DNA of 64,000 nt from Candidatus Omnitrophota bacterium (GCA_016928875.1 JAFGJY010000116.1:6064-70063); one strand, 5' to 3'; counted from the stretch's first letter, positions 44,813-54,279 are shown. The notes: generated by a model not told the origin, from the letters alone. Numbers and translations: made by a program.

Positions 44813-45262
44813 CTAGAGAAGTTTCCTTAGCTTTTCATTTTCATCCTTTAAACGATTGATCTGCTCTTGCAAGCCCTTTATCTCTCTCTGGTCCAAGATG
44901 TGCCTTACCAACTTGTTTATATCATCAATGATATGATCATCACCGATCGGCTTGCGTATATAATCAATAGAACGATGAAGCCATATACGTTTGGCAATTT
45001 CAAGGTTTTCGTTCGTCACGCAAATAACGAACTTTGTGTGCGGATGCAAAAATTCTATACCTTCGTGCAATTCGATCGGATTGATGTTCGTTAAACTATA
45101 ATCTAACACGGCCAAGTCGGGCTGGAATTGATGGATGATCGAATAAACCTCTTCTGCATCACGAGCAACCTGCACTACATAGAATTCATCCAAGACCTGC
45201 TGTATGGCTTTGTTCTTCTGTTCGCTTTCAAGCGCCAACAGGACGCGGAATTGTTTGATCAT
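44813..45262 (-). CDS. receiver-domain protein with C-terminal coiled coil (atypical acidic pocket)
   Basis: 149 aa. The REC fold keeps DLAVLDYSL, but the N-terminal DD pair is replaced by ESE. The tail is LQEQINRLKDENEKLRKLL. ATGA-type overlap with the HD-GYP gene. Confidence 0.65.
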   Translation of the reverse strand: MIKQFRVLLALESEQKNKAIQQVLDEFYVVQVARDAEEVYSIIHQFQPDLAVLDYSLTNINPIELHEGIEFLHPHTKFVICVTNENLEIAKRIWLHRSIDYIRKPIGDDHIIDDINKLVRHILDQREIKGLQEQINRLKDENEKLRKLL

Positions 45263-46632
45263 CGGCCTGCTTCTCTCTTTATAATGAGTTCAAGTGCCGC
45301 CACTATTTTTTCATTATATTGTGTGTTAACGCACATCCACAATTCCTTCAAAGCCTTTTCGGGCGAAAGCGCTTTTCTGTACGGCCTGTTCGTTATCATG
45401 GCATCGTAGGCATCTGCAACCGTAAGTATCGAAACCAAAAGAGGGATCTCATCTCCCCTCAGGCCGTCAGGATATCCTGTACCATCCGGCCGCTCATGGT
45501 GGGAACGAATAAGTGAAAGCAGATCGGGATCTAAAAATGTTATCGGCTTAAGGATGTCTTCTCCGATCATAGGATGTTGTTCGATGATATCACGTTCGGC
45601 TTCGGTCAGTTCTTCAGGTTTATTAAGTATGGCTTCCTGGATCCCGATCTTACCGATATCGTGCATGACCGCTAAATTCTCCAATGTCTCGATCTCGTCA
45701 CCGGAAAGCCCAAGCTCCTCGGCGATCTTACGACAATACTTCGCTACTCGCTCCGAATGCCCCTTAGTATAAGCATCTTTTGCTTCTAATGCTAACGTCA
45801 AGGAACGCAGCGCATTTATAAAACTCATTTTCAGGTTCTTATAACTTTTGCTGAGTGAACGTGCCATTTCATTGAATGAATCCGCAAGTTCCCCGATCTC
45901 GTCACTGCGTTTTATATCAACTTGGTGTTCAAGATTGCCCGCAGCGATTATGCGCGTTCCCGCAAGCAATCGTTTGATCGGTTTAGTCAACTTAAGAGAC
46001 AACAAACATCCTAAGAGCAACGAGAGAAAAATATTGAGCAAGAATATATAGAAGAAGGTCTTGCCTGTGACTTCTTTTGCCTGCGCAACAACATCCGAAA
46101 GAATATCCACCCCTACAAGCGCGACCCGCTTGCCTTCTGAATCAAAAATAGGTGCATATCCGGAAATAAATGTTTGCCATCCCTCGGTAATGAGCTCCTT
46201 TTTTACGTGCGTATCAACGAACTCTTCGAATTCCCCGCCTAACTGTGAGGTATCATACCGTTCCCCAGGGACAGAAAAAAACTCGTTTTCATCTGCTGCG
46301 TCTACAGCAAATACGAGCTCATTATTGTCATTTTGGGCTATAGTGTAAATGTAACGAATAAGAGAGTTTTCTAATCGAACGCGGCGCAGCTTTTCACGAA
46401 TAAGTTCGTATTCGTGCGTACGCATGCCTTCGCGCGTAAGAGGAATGGCCTTGTGCTGGTCTCCATCAATCAGAACTGCGGTAAGACGCGCGATCATTAA
46501 TAATGACGATCGTACATCTTTCACACTGCGGTCAATAGTGTTTTGATAGACAAAAAACAAAGCTATACTGGTGATCGCAAAGATCAATGTAAATAATAAT
46601 AAAGCGATCTTTATACTTAAACTAAACTTCAT
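45259..46632 (-). CDS. membrane sensor HD-GYP phosphodiesterase (Cache-like, HAMP, HD-GYP)
   Basis: 457 aa. Two TM flank a periplasmic domain, followed by HAMP (PIKRLLAGTRIIAAGNL), HDIGK and HHERPDGTGYPDGL. Confidence 0.88.
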   Translation of the reverse strand: MKFSLSIKIALLLFTLIFAITSIALFFVYQNTIDRSVKDVRSSLLMIARLTAVLIDGDQHKAIPLTREGMRTHEYELIREKLRRVRLENSLIRYIYTIAQNDNNELVFAVDAADENEFFSVPGERYDTSQLGGEFEEFVDTHVKKELITEGWQTFISGYAPIFDSEGKRVALVGVDILSDVVAQAKEVTGKTFFYIFLLNIFLSLLLGCLLSLKLTKPIKRLLAGTRIIAAGNLEHQVDIKRSDEIGELADSFNEMARSLSKSYKNLKMSFINALRSLTLALEAKDAYTKGHSERVAKYCRKIAEELGLSGDEIETLENLAVMHDIGKIGIQEAILNKPEELTEAERDIIEQHPMIGEDILKPITFLDPDLLSLIRSHHERPDGTGYPDGLRGDEIPLLVSILTVADAYDAMITNRPYRKALSPEKALKELWMCVNTQYNEKIVAALELIIKREAGR

Positions 46633-46640
46633 ACGAAAGG

Positions 46641-47150
46641 TTATTTCTTCTTATCGATCTTATCGATCTCTTTTTTGATCGCTTCTATATCCACCTTGCG
46701 ATCCTCATAGACATCTTTGATCAGATTGTACAAGCCTGTCTCCCGTAATGCGCTTTCGGCTTTTCTTCTCTTTTTCTCTTCGATCAAGAACCTGACAAGC
46801 TTGCATACATCACTTCTGAAACGTTCCGGGTCTTCGGTCTTATAGATATAATCCATCGCCCGGCGCTTCATCGATTCGATAACGCATTTCGACCGATCGA
46901 TAGAGGTCATCATGACAGTGTGCGTGTCCGGATAATCCTTATTGATCTCTTGCTGCAGTTGGAGCGAATTGATATCAGGAATATTAAAATCGATTATAAC
47001 AAGCTCGAGGGTCTGGTGCGCAATGCTTTCAAGCGCAACCTTCCCGCTTTCAAAGGTATATACTTTGAAGATATCCGCAAGAACTTGCCGCATGCTCTCT
47101 AGTCGTTCTTTATCATTTTCGACTATCCCTATGCTAAAATCGATCATCAC
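46641..47150 (-). CDS. receiver-domain protein with Lys/Glu-rich C-terminal extension
   Basis: 169 aa. IGIVENDKE...LVIIDFNIP...MMTS...YIYK receiver landmarks. Confidence 0.65.
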   Translation of the reverse strand: MMIDFSIGIVENDKERLESMRQVLADIFKVYTFESGKVALESIAHQTLELVIIDFNIPDINSLQLQQEINKDYPDTHTVMMTSIDRSKCVIESMKRRAMDYIYKTEDPERFRSDVCKLVRFLIEEKKRRKAESALRETGLYNLIKDVYEDRKVDIEAIKKEIDKIDKKK

Positions 47151-47175
47151 TGCCTCCTTCTATTATGTACTACTG

Positions 47176-47718
47176 TTATACATTATAATTTCGTTCTGCT
47201 CCGTCATCATGCACGAGCACGCGTTCGTCATATGCAAATTGAACATTATTCTTTTTCATTGAACGATATATTTCGGATGATATAGCAGGCAAATCGACTG
47301 AACTGTATTCTTGCAAGAAGACCATACGCCCTCCCTTTGCGGCTGCTTCATGAGCAAGCGCTGCCGCATTCTCTTTATCGCTGAGGTCAACAAGGTAGCA
47401 AGAAACTTGTGGGTCAGCGAGCACTACCGTCGCATCGTGCGGTAAATACGCGTAACATTCTGTAGCATTTTCACCTGAGTTTTCAATAAACAGCAATGCC
47501 AAAGGAGCAAATTTAATCGCATACGGCAACAGCCTAAAGGCTATTTCGAGTATCTTAAAGGGAAGCTGTATTATAAGTATAGGTATCATCATCAACATTT
47601 GACATGATGACGTTGTAAACAAAACACATAGCAACAAACATACCGCGCATATTCTACTGCGTATTTTCTTCAGAAATACTCTCACTATTACCGCCTGTTT
47701 CCGTACCCAACCTATCAT
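47176..47718 (-). CDS. hypothetical membrane/lipoprotein-like protein
   Basis: 180 aa. Basic N-region, then CLLLCVLFTTSSC and a second hydrophobic stretch. No motif recognised. It overlaps the upstream ORF by 65 nt, so the start is uncertain. Confidence 0.45.
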   Translation of the reverse strand: MIGWVRKQAVIVRVFLKKIRSRICAVCLLLCVLFTTSSCQMLMMIPILIIQLPFKILEIAFRLLPYAIKFAPLALLFIENSGENATECYAYLPHDATVVLADPQVSCYLVDLSDKENAAALAHEAAAKGGRMVFLQEYSSVDLPAISSEIYRSMKKNNVQFAYDERVLVHDDGAERNYNV

Positions 47719-48031
47719 TAATGCTGAATTCCTTTTTACGCCACTGCCTGTCGGTCCCTTTGTTCACATATTCTAGATACGTTGAATAAATATCCGTTTC
47801 CTCATCGAAGGGAAATGTAAACATGACCACGAGCGGCGCTGATGCGATCCGCCAGAAATACGTAAAGAACGAGTGAGAATGCTTGAGCGGGGGTTCTTCA
47901 TCACCAAGGATATCTGCCAGCTTTACAAAATCATATATCTCATCTTGTTCCCTATCTAACGCACAGATACCATAGCCCATCACGTTCACTGATATACCAA
48001 TGATTACTAATACTATAATGCTCTTTTTCAT
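47654..48031 (-). CDS. hypothetical exported protein
   Basis: 125 aa. Signal-like MKKSIIVLVIIGISVNVMGYG. No motif recognised. Confidence 0.5.
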   Translation of the reverse strand: MKKSIIVLVIIGISVNVMGYGICALDREQDEIYDFVKLADILGDEEPPLKHSHSFFTYFWRIASAPLVVMFTFPFDEETDIYSTYLEYVNKGTDRQWRKKEFSINDRLGTETGGNSESISEENTQ

Positions 48032-48055
48032 ACTATGGTACCTACTGCCGCTAAA

Positions 48056-48823
48056 CTACGAAACAGCCTTTCGTTGGCCTTCAAGCTTGGCAAGCTCTTC
48101 TTTCAGTCTATTGTTCTCATCAATGATCTCATGTGAAAATTCATTGAGTTGAATATTATCTTTGATCAAGGCTGTCTTTTTTGCTTCTAAATTCTTGATC
48201 TCTTCCATTAAATATTGAATATCAATATTACCCGATGGTTCAGGCACGCGGCCGGCATGCGCTGCATTATCCGTTGTAGAAGATGCCGCCCGTTCTATGA
48301 TCTTCTTTTCATATTGAAGGCGCATCAATTTCATGTTCATCTGCTTAAGTTTTACGTTCTCGAATTCGTAATACTTAAGGAGTTCCACGCGCTTGACTAA
48401 AAGCCTTTGCTTCTCTCCATCAATATTCGACACGTTTTGTGCGGGCTCACGCTGCGCAAGTTGCTCAACCTTGGCGATATAGGTCATGACCTTTTCATCT
48501 AACGCATTGTAAAGCTCATCAAATCGTTTCTGCATTAGGCTAACATCAATATTTTCAATATGTTCTGTCGATTGCGCAGCAACTATCTTTTTCTCTAATG
48601 ATAAGACCGAGTGCTCCAGTCGCTCTAGGTCACGCTTGATCTTCCCATATATCTGGCTGTCCGCAGAATTAACCTGCGTGTCCTTTTGCTCGTGTGCATA
48701 TTGACTCAACAGATAATCAATAAAAGACTCTTTCTTTTTCTGGTCAGCGTGACACCGTTCATGAGATGATGTGGTTTCTCTTGGGAAGGGCATTATATCG
48801 AGTGGATCATGGTAACTTGTCAT
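48056..48823 (-). CDS. hypothetical coiled-coil protein
   Basis: 255 aa. Long heptad-like stretches (LERLEHSVLSLEKKI, LKQMNMKLMRLQYEKK, NRLKEELAKLEGQ). Confidence 0.55.
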   Translation of the reverse strand: MTSYHDPLDIMPFPRETTSSHERCHADQKKKESFIDYLLSQYAHEQKDTQVNSADSQIYGKIKRDLERLEHSVLSLEKKIVAAQSTEHIENIDVSLMQKRFDELYNALDEKVMTYIAKVEQLAQREPAQNVSNIDGEKQRLLVKRVELLKYYEFENVKLKQMNMKLMRLQYEKKIIERAASSTTDNAAHAGRVPEPSGNIDIQYLMEEIKNLEAKKTALIKDNIQLNEFSHEIIDENNRLKEELAKLEGQRKAVS

Positions 48824-48839
48824 GGCACTTTGTTCTGCT

Positions 48840-49205
48840 TTATTTATTGATCAAATGTACAGCTACATAAAAAAGGTCATCTTTTTTCTTCTCGACGCGC
48901 ACGACCTTCCCGCAAAGACGTACAAAAGACTTATTTGAAACATCTATTTCAATATAGCTTTGTAATTTTTTTACTTCGACCGTCTTGTCCAGTTTCTCTT
49001 TTTCAACTTCTATAGCGATAGTAGATCCCAACGGAATCGGAATTTGGGCTTCAAGTAAAAGCCCCGCTTGCGAGATATTATGCGATTTGACTCGATAAAT
49101 ATCACTTATGTTGGCATCCGATACAAACTGACATTCCATCGCTTTTTTTAGTTTTCGCCGTTCAAAACGCCGTCTTTCATCGTTCTTCTGTTTTTGTGTA
49201 CTCAT
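48840..49205 (-). CDS. PilZ domain protein
   Basis: RRFER (RxxxR) and NISQAG (D/NxSxxG) c-di-GMP-binding motifs. I place the start at ATG 49205 (TGAtATG junction with the upstream PilZ gene), not the 143-aa version. Confidence 0.75.
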   Translation of the reverse strand: MSTQKQKNDERRRFERRKLKKAMECQFVSDANISDIYRVKSHNISQAGLLLEAQIPIPLGSTIAIEVEKEKLDKTVEVKKLQSYIEIDVSNKSFVRLCGKVVRVEKKKDDLFYVAVHLINK

Positions 49206-49206
49206 A

Positions 49207-49605
49207 TCAAAAGCCTTTCTTAAATAGATTGACTGCAATATCAAAACTTGTATCGTCAATGGTATCAACACGAACTACCTTGCCTAAAATATCACCTGTT
49301 TTCTCACGTACAACATCACTCAGGTCTATAAGATCGGGTAATTCCACATCATCAAACTTTAAGGCAAGTATATCTCCCACGTTAGGGGCACGCCGGGCAC
49401 GGAACAAAACACCGAATTGACTTACATTTTCCAGATCGGCACAATCGTGCAATAATCTAATGTCACAGGTAAGAAAATCAACGTGCCCGTTGACACAGAC
49501 TCGTGTAAATTTTCTTTTCTCGGACTTAAGCTCCTCAAAAGACCGTTGTCCTTCGCGTACGCGTTCACGGCGTTCTTTTCTGCTTGGTGTATTCTCCATT
49601 ACCAC
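49207..49605 (-). CDS. PilZ domain protein
   Basis: 132 aa. RKFTR and NVSQFG motifs. It is a paralog of the downstream gene; both end ...GKVVRV.... Confidence 0.75.
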   Translation of the reverse strand: MVMENTPSRKERRERVREGQRSFEELKSEKRKFTRVCVNGHVDFLTCDIRLLHDCADLENVSQFGVLFRARRAPNVGDILALKFDDVELPDLIDLSDVVREKTGDILGKVVRVDTIDDTSFDIAVNLFKKGF

Positions 49606-49615
49606 TCCTTACAGA

Positions 49616-51145
49616 TCAGTAGTCAATGGCTATTTCTTCTCGATGCATGCTCGGATCAGCCAATACTACTATTTTATTGTTTGTCGTTTGTTCTATATTC
49701 TGTATCTGTAGATCGCTTGACTGCATTACGTCTTCCGCGATCGCCGGATGTAATGCCACAAATATCTGTTTATTCTTGACTATGCCGGCTTTTTGGCGCA
49801 ATTCCTTTAATACTTGTATTCGCATGGTCGGCAGGGATTTGATAACGCCACGACCGGTACAATAAGGACAACTTTGGTATATGGAACTTTCTTTCGAATC
49901 GCGGATCCTCTGACGGGTCATTTCTACAACACCGATCTCGGACATCTTTAAGATATTTATCTTGGCTTTATCGCGGACAACAGAGTCCTTGAGGACTTTC
50001 ATCAACTCTCGTTTGTGTTTCTCCATGTTCATATCGATAAAATCGATGATGATGATCCCGCCAATATCGCGTAACCGCAATTGACGCACCACTTCTTTAG
50101 CAGCATCAATATTGGTCCTGAATGCCGTGGCTTCAATATCTTTCTTGTCTTTGAAGCGCCCGGAATTAACATCGATCGCGGTCATCCCTTCGGTCTGCTC
50201 GATCACGATGTAGCCGCCACTCTTCAAAGGTACTTTACGCAAATACGCGGTCTCAATATCACGATCGATCTTGTATTTTACAAACAACGGGACTTTTTCT
50301 TTATAGAGATCGGTATTGGCCCTGTACTCCGGTATGTATCGCTTTAAGAAATGCGCGATCTTGCGGTGTAACACTTCCGAATCCGTAATGATCTTTGATG
50401 TGTCTTCGGTAAACGTATCACGGATGATACGTTCAACAAGATTGAGCTCTTCATGAACAAGGCTCGGGGCTTTGGCTTTTTTAAGTTTTACTTGAACTTC
50501 ACGCCAGACATTAAGAAGATATTTAATATCACGGTTAAATTCTCTTTTCGTCTTTCCTTCAGCTACGGTACGGACGATAAAACCGACATTATCGGTCAGT
50601 TTGCTCTCGGCAAGTATTGCGCGAATACGCTCTCGCTCGGCTTTATCATTGATACGACGAGATATCCCTAATTGCGTGCGATCGGTAGTCAAAACAAGGT
50701 AGCGTGCAGGTATAGAGATCTTTGTCGTAAGCCGCGGGCCCTTATTACGGATTGCTTCTTTAACAACTTGAACGGTTATTTCGTCGCCGACCTTGACGGT
50801 TTTTGCCAGGTCACTGCCTTTATTCGGCTTTGTCGGTACAATATCATTAAAAAATTCAGCATCTGATTCGAGATCGCTTTCATCGACATCATGCAGATAG
50901 AGAAAACCGTCCTTCCCCATCCCGATGTCGACAAATACAGCGTTTATCCCCGGCACAACAGCTTTTACTTTCCCCCTGTATATGTTGCCGTAGATCTTGC
51001 GCGCGCTTTCCCGCTCAATATAGAACTCTTCGAGAACGTTATTTTCAACGATCGCGATGCTGGTCTCGCCAATTTCCTGAGAGACTAAGACCAACTTATG
51101 CTCTTTTGGTGTTTTTTTCGCGTGTTTTTTCCTGCGCAATATCAC
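49616..51145 (-). CDS. rng: ribonuclease G/E family endoribonuclease
   Basis: 509 aa. S1 domain (NIYRGKVKAVVPGINAVFVDIG), the DNase-I-like IDVNSG motif and a CPxCxGxG zinc link. An alternative TTG start at 51094 would remove the 50-nt overlap with the upstream gene. Confidence 0.88.
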   Translation of the reverse strand: MILRRKKHAKKTPKEHKLVLVSQEIGETSIAIVENNVLEEFYIERESARKIYGNIYRGKVKAVVPGINAVFVDIGMGKDGFLYLHDVDESDLESDAEFFNDIVPTKPNKGSDLAKTVKVGDEITVQVVKEAIRNKGPRLTTKISIPARYLVLTTDRTQLGISRRINDKAERERIRAILAESKLTDNVGFIVRTVAEGKTKREFNRDIKYLLNVWREVQVKLKKAKAPSLVHEELNLVERIIRDTFTEDTSKIITDSEVLHRKIAHFLKRYIPEYRANTDLYKEKVPLFVKYKIDRDIETAYLRKVPLKSGGYIVIEQTEGMTAIDVNSGRFKDKKDIEATAFRTNIDAAKEVVRQLRLRDIGGIIIIDFIDMNMEKHKRELMKVLKDSVVRDKAKINILKMSEIGVVEMTRQRIRDSKESSIYQSCPYCTGRGVIKSLPTMRIQVLKELRQKAGIVKNKQIFVALHPAIAEDVMQSSDLQIQNIEQTTNNKIVVLADPSMHREEIAIDY

Positions 51146-51434
51146 TGATTCGGATCTCTTTTGGTAGCGCCTCGTTGAGGCGTTCTATTAATGCGTCAAT
51201 CCGCATTTCTTGAATAAGATAGATGCGAACAACATCTCCACTTATTTCCTCGCCCAATTTACGGGCTCGGTCAAAACTGATCTTTATCTTGGGATTATAA
51301 CCTTTGGAATAATACACGGGCACTTTAGCACGACGCAGTGCCCGGTCAAACACATTGACAAGATCTAAATGTGAAATATACCTCAGAATACCTTTCTTCG
51401 AGAACGTTAAGGTATACTCTATGCGTTCATCCAT
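51096..51434 (-). CDS. DUF2344 / TIGR03936-like radical-SAM-linked protein, half-length
   Basis: 112 aa. FSKKGILRYISHLDLVNVFDRALRRAKVPVYYSKGYNPKIKISF matches the family N-terminal signature as I recall it. Confidence 0.65.
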   Translation of the reverse strand: MDERIEYTLTFSKKGILRYISHLDLVNVFDRALRRAKVPVYYSKGYNPKIKISFDRARKLGEEISGDVVRIYLIQEMRIDALIERLNEALPKEIRISDIAQEKTREKNTKRA

Positions 51435-51458
51435 ATAATCCTATAAAAGCAAGCCTGA

Positions 51459-52964
51459 TCAACCTTGTTCATATGAAACGGCTTGCGAAGTAGTAAATTC
51501 CTCAGGATCACCCTGAGTATCAACGATCGTACATGTCACAAAGAACAATGTTTCCAATTTAGCGTTCGAACCCGCTGACTGTCTTTTTGACTGAAAGATG
51601 CGGCCTACGAGCGGAATATCACCCAATACCGGAACTTTATTGTAGGTCCCTGATTCTGCATCGGTAAGAAGACCGCCGATAGCGATCGTTTCAGTGTTCT
51701 TGATCAGAACTTGTGTTTGAGCACGTGTCGTCGTAAATGACGGATATGAAAGGTTCGTACCACCAATAGCACTGAACCCGTCAAACGAACTGATCTCGGG
51801 CTGCAAGTCAACCAATATCTCGTTCGCATCATTAACGTGCGGTGTAACGGAAAGCACCACACCGACATTGCGTGACTCATAGCCGGCAACCTCGAAACTT
51901 CCCGAATTCTCATTGCGTTCAAATGTCGGAATGCCGATCTCACTACCAACCTGCACCAACGCTTCTTTGTGGTTCAAGGTAACGATACGCGGATTAGAAA
52001 CGATCTTGGTTGAAGACCGTGATTTCAACATATTAAGCACCGCTGAAAAAGAAGTAAAATCCAAAGAACCAAATGTATAATCAGATGAAGTTGCATTCGG
52101 GAACGTCGGATCAAACCCTGCCGGGAAGTCCGAAGACGTTGCTACAGCATTACCATCCTGAGCCGTAACTTCTGCTGACGAGTCATTGTAAGGGTAATAC
52201 TTCTTGAGGATCTGTTCAACTGAACTCCATTGTGATGAAAAACTACGCCCATCAGTGAACGGAAATTGTGTCGGACGTTGGGCTCCAGTCAATGTCCCGG
52301 CGACATTCCAGTCAATACCCAAGTTTTCGGTGATCCCAAGTTCGGTTCTTACGATCTTGGAATCAATGTACACCTGCGGAGTCCTTCTATCCAATTTACC
52401 GATGACTTCTCTGATCTTATACACGTTTGTTGGAACATCAGTCACAATAACCGTATTTGTACGCGGAACTGATTTGATCCGGCCGCGTTCAGATATGATC
52501 TCTGATATTGCATCTTCGATCTCTTCTGCCGTTGAATAATTTAAAACGAATGCCTCGGTGATCAATTCTTCTGTCTGAAGATTTTCTTTTGTCGTAACAC
52601 GAATAATGTTCTCTTCACGTTCATACACATAGCCGTACGTTCTTAAGACAACTTCAAGGGCCTGTTCCCAAGGGACATCGGTCAAACGTATGGTAACACT
52701 ACCGCTCACTTCGGGACCGGTCACAATGTTTACCCCGCTCTTGAGACTCAATATACGCAAAACATTAATAATATCTGCATCTTTAAAATCGAGAGTAACG
52801 TTACCCTGAGAACTTCCTTCCACTGCCTCAGGGGTTGATTCTTCGTCTGCCTCAGCATACCGTTCATACACAGGTGCCTGTAGGGACACTTGTGCCATAA
52901 CGTGGCTTACGCAGATAAAAAGTACGAAAACGACCGTCCAGATGGAAACTTTCCCTTTTTTCAT
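51459..52964 (-). CDS. pilQ: type IV pilus secretin PilQ
   Basis: 501 aa. Signal peptide, N0/N1-like repeats and a C-terminal secretin domain (VPVLGDIPLVGRIF). Confidence 0.88.
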   Translation of the reverse strand: MKKGKVSIWTVVFVLFICVSHVMAQVSLQAPVYERYAEADEESTPEAVEGSSQGNVTLDFKDADIINVLRILSLKSGVNIVTGPEVSGSVTIRLTDVPWEQALEVVLRTYGYVYEREENIIRVTTKENLQTEELITEAFVLNYSTAEEIEDAISEIISERGRIKSVPRTNTVIVTDVPTNVYKIREVIGKLDRRTPQVYIDSKIVRTELGITENLGIDWNVAGTLTGAQRPTQFPFTDGRSFSSQWSSVEQILKKYYPYNDSSAEVTAQDGNAVATSSDFPAGFDPTFPNATSSDYTFGSLDFTSFSAVLNMLKSRSSTKIVSNPRIVTLNHKEALVQVGSEIGIPTFERNENSGSFEVAGYESRNVGVVLSVTPHVNDANEILVDLQPEISSFDGFSAIGGTNLSYPSFTTTRAQTQVLIKNTETIAIGGLLTDAESGTYNKVPVLGDIPLVGRIFQSKRQSAGSNAKLETLFFVTCTIVDTQGDPEEFTTSQAVSYEQG

Positions 52965-53258
52965 GCTATCCTCCCTAATATTATTTGGGTTACTCTTTTG
53001 TTCCCCTTATTTGCCTGTTCCATGGCTAATTTTTTACAAGTATTATACCAAGTCGACAATTATTATATATATATCTGAAATATGTAACGGCAAAATTTTA
53101 TCACCTAATAACACTTAACGGTACGATCATTTGTCATATTTATGGCACTAGGCTAAAATTGCCGCTTCATACGTCTGTTCCCGGCATAAAAATAACTATA
53201 GTCACCCTCAGACATTTTAAAATCCTATTACAAAGAGCGGAAAGAAGAAGACGTAACA

Positions 53259-53684
53259 TTAAAACTCAGTTTCAGCAACATCAGAAAACATGCTCTTATA
53301 CGCCTTTGGATCGTTAGCTTTCCCAACGTCGCCATAATTGATGGTGTAGGTTTTATCATCTCGTGAAAAAATGACCTTATTATTTTCGATCGTATCGATC
53401 CGAAATCCGCCGATGAAATTTCCTTCACGCAAGACCTGACCGTTTATGATCGCGACCGACCCTTTATCCGGATCGACAAGGATCCCTTCTATCATCAGAT
53501 CATCGACCGATTTCAGGTAGGTCACTTGGGTCAATTCTATATCCTTGCCGATCAAAGGCCTGAATGGGTCACGATGTCCTCCCTCATCATAACTGATGCT
53601 AGCCCGCTCATCAATGATCGAAGCGTACACTATTGTAACACTCACCATTATTACTATACAAAGCCAAATGCCGTGCTTCACCAT
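53259..53684 (-). CDS. pilP: pilus assembly protein PilP-like
   Basis: 141 aa. N-terminal anchor, RDPFRP motif and a C-terminal beta-domain (AIINGQVLREG). Position between pilO and pilQ. Confidence 0.7.
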   Translation of the reverse strand: MVKHGIWLCIVIMVSVTIVYASIIDERASISYDEGGHRDPFRPLIGKDIELTQVTYLKSVDDLMIEGILVDPDKGSVAIINGQVLREGNFIGGFRIDTIENNKVIFSRDDKTYTINYGDVGKANDPKAYKSMFSDVAETEF

Positions 53685-53697
53685 GTATGCTCTCCTG

Positions 53698-54279
53698 CTA
53701 CAGTAAATCCCTCTTTTTTGATATAGCTGCTAGTTCCAATCTCGCCAATTGTTTTTTATCAGCCGACTCACCGGGGATCATCCGTAATGAAATGATCTGA
53801 AAAATATAGTTATGCGTTTCCAATTTTTGGATAAATTTTGCCAGTTGATGATAGCCGCTTTCAAGATCTATCTGCAATCCTTGGCGGTCGCAATATTTGT
53901 CCAACAATGCATCTTGCCCAAGGCTTCGGTCCTCCGGCGTGATCTCGAGTATCTTCACGTTGCATTCTGTAGCTAATTCGGATATTTCACTTAGTGCATT
54001 TTTGACCTGTTTATCGGTCGCTATAAGTTTGGAAACATCTTCCAAAAGGATCTCTGCATTCATAAGTTTTTGCGACATCGCCGCATAATCCTGAGCGCTC
54101 TTTAACGCCTTTTGGGTCAGATCCTTATTTTCTTTTTTCTTTTGGGTCAAAACGCCGTAATCTTTGAATGCCGGAACCAAAAAGAAAAAAATAAAAACAA
54201 TGTAAACAAGACAAATAACGCCAAGTTTGTATAAAAGCGATCTATCAATACTGGATATATACTCTTTTATGTTTATCAT
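53698..54279 (-). CDS. pilO: pilus assembly protein PilO
   Basis: 193 aa. TM, coiled coil and ferredoxin-like layout. Position after pilN. Confidence 0.7.
   Translation of the reverse strand: MINIKEYISSIDRSLLYKLGVICLVYIVFIFFFLVPAFKDYGVLTQKKKENKDLTQKALKSAQDYAAMSQKLMNAEILLEDVSKLIATDKQVKNALSEISELATECNVKILEITPEDRSLGQDALLDKYCDRQGLQIDLESGYHQLAKFIQKLETHNYIFQIISLRMIPGESADKKQLARLELAAISKKRDLL

Noticed and set aside
53100-53200. 19-codon ORF (MSEGDYSYFYAGNRRMKRQF) in the pilP-pilQ gap.
   Set aside because: It has no SD, no hydrophobic or otherwise recognisable character, and lies in AT-rich sequence where short ORFs arise by chance.
53228-53428. 66-aa minus-strand ORF overlapping pilP in another frame, and other nested minus-strand ORFs (for example 4548-4730, 12484-12753, 22076-22348).
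   Set aside because: They are fully contained in better-supported genes in a different frame, and they have no independent translation signals.
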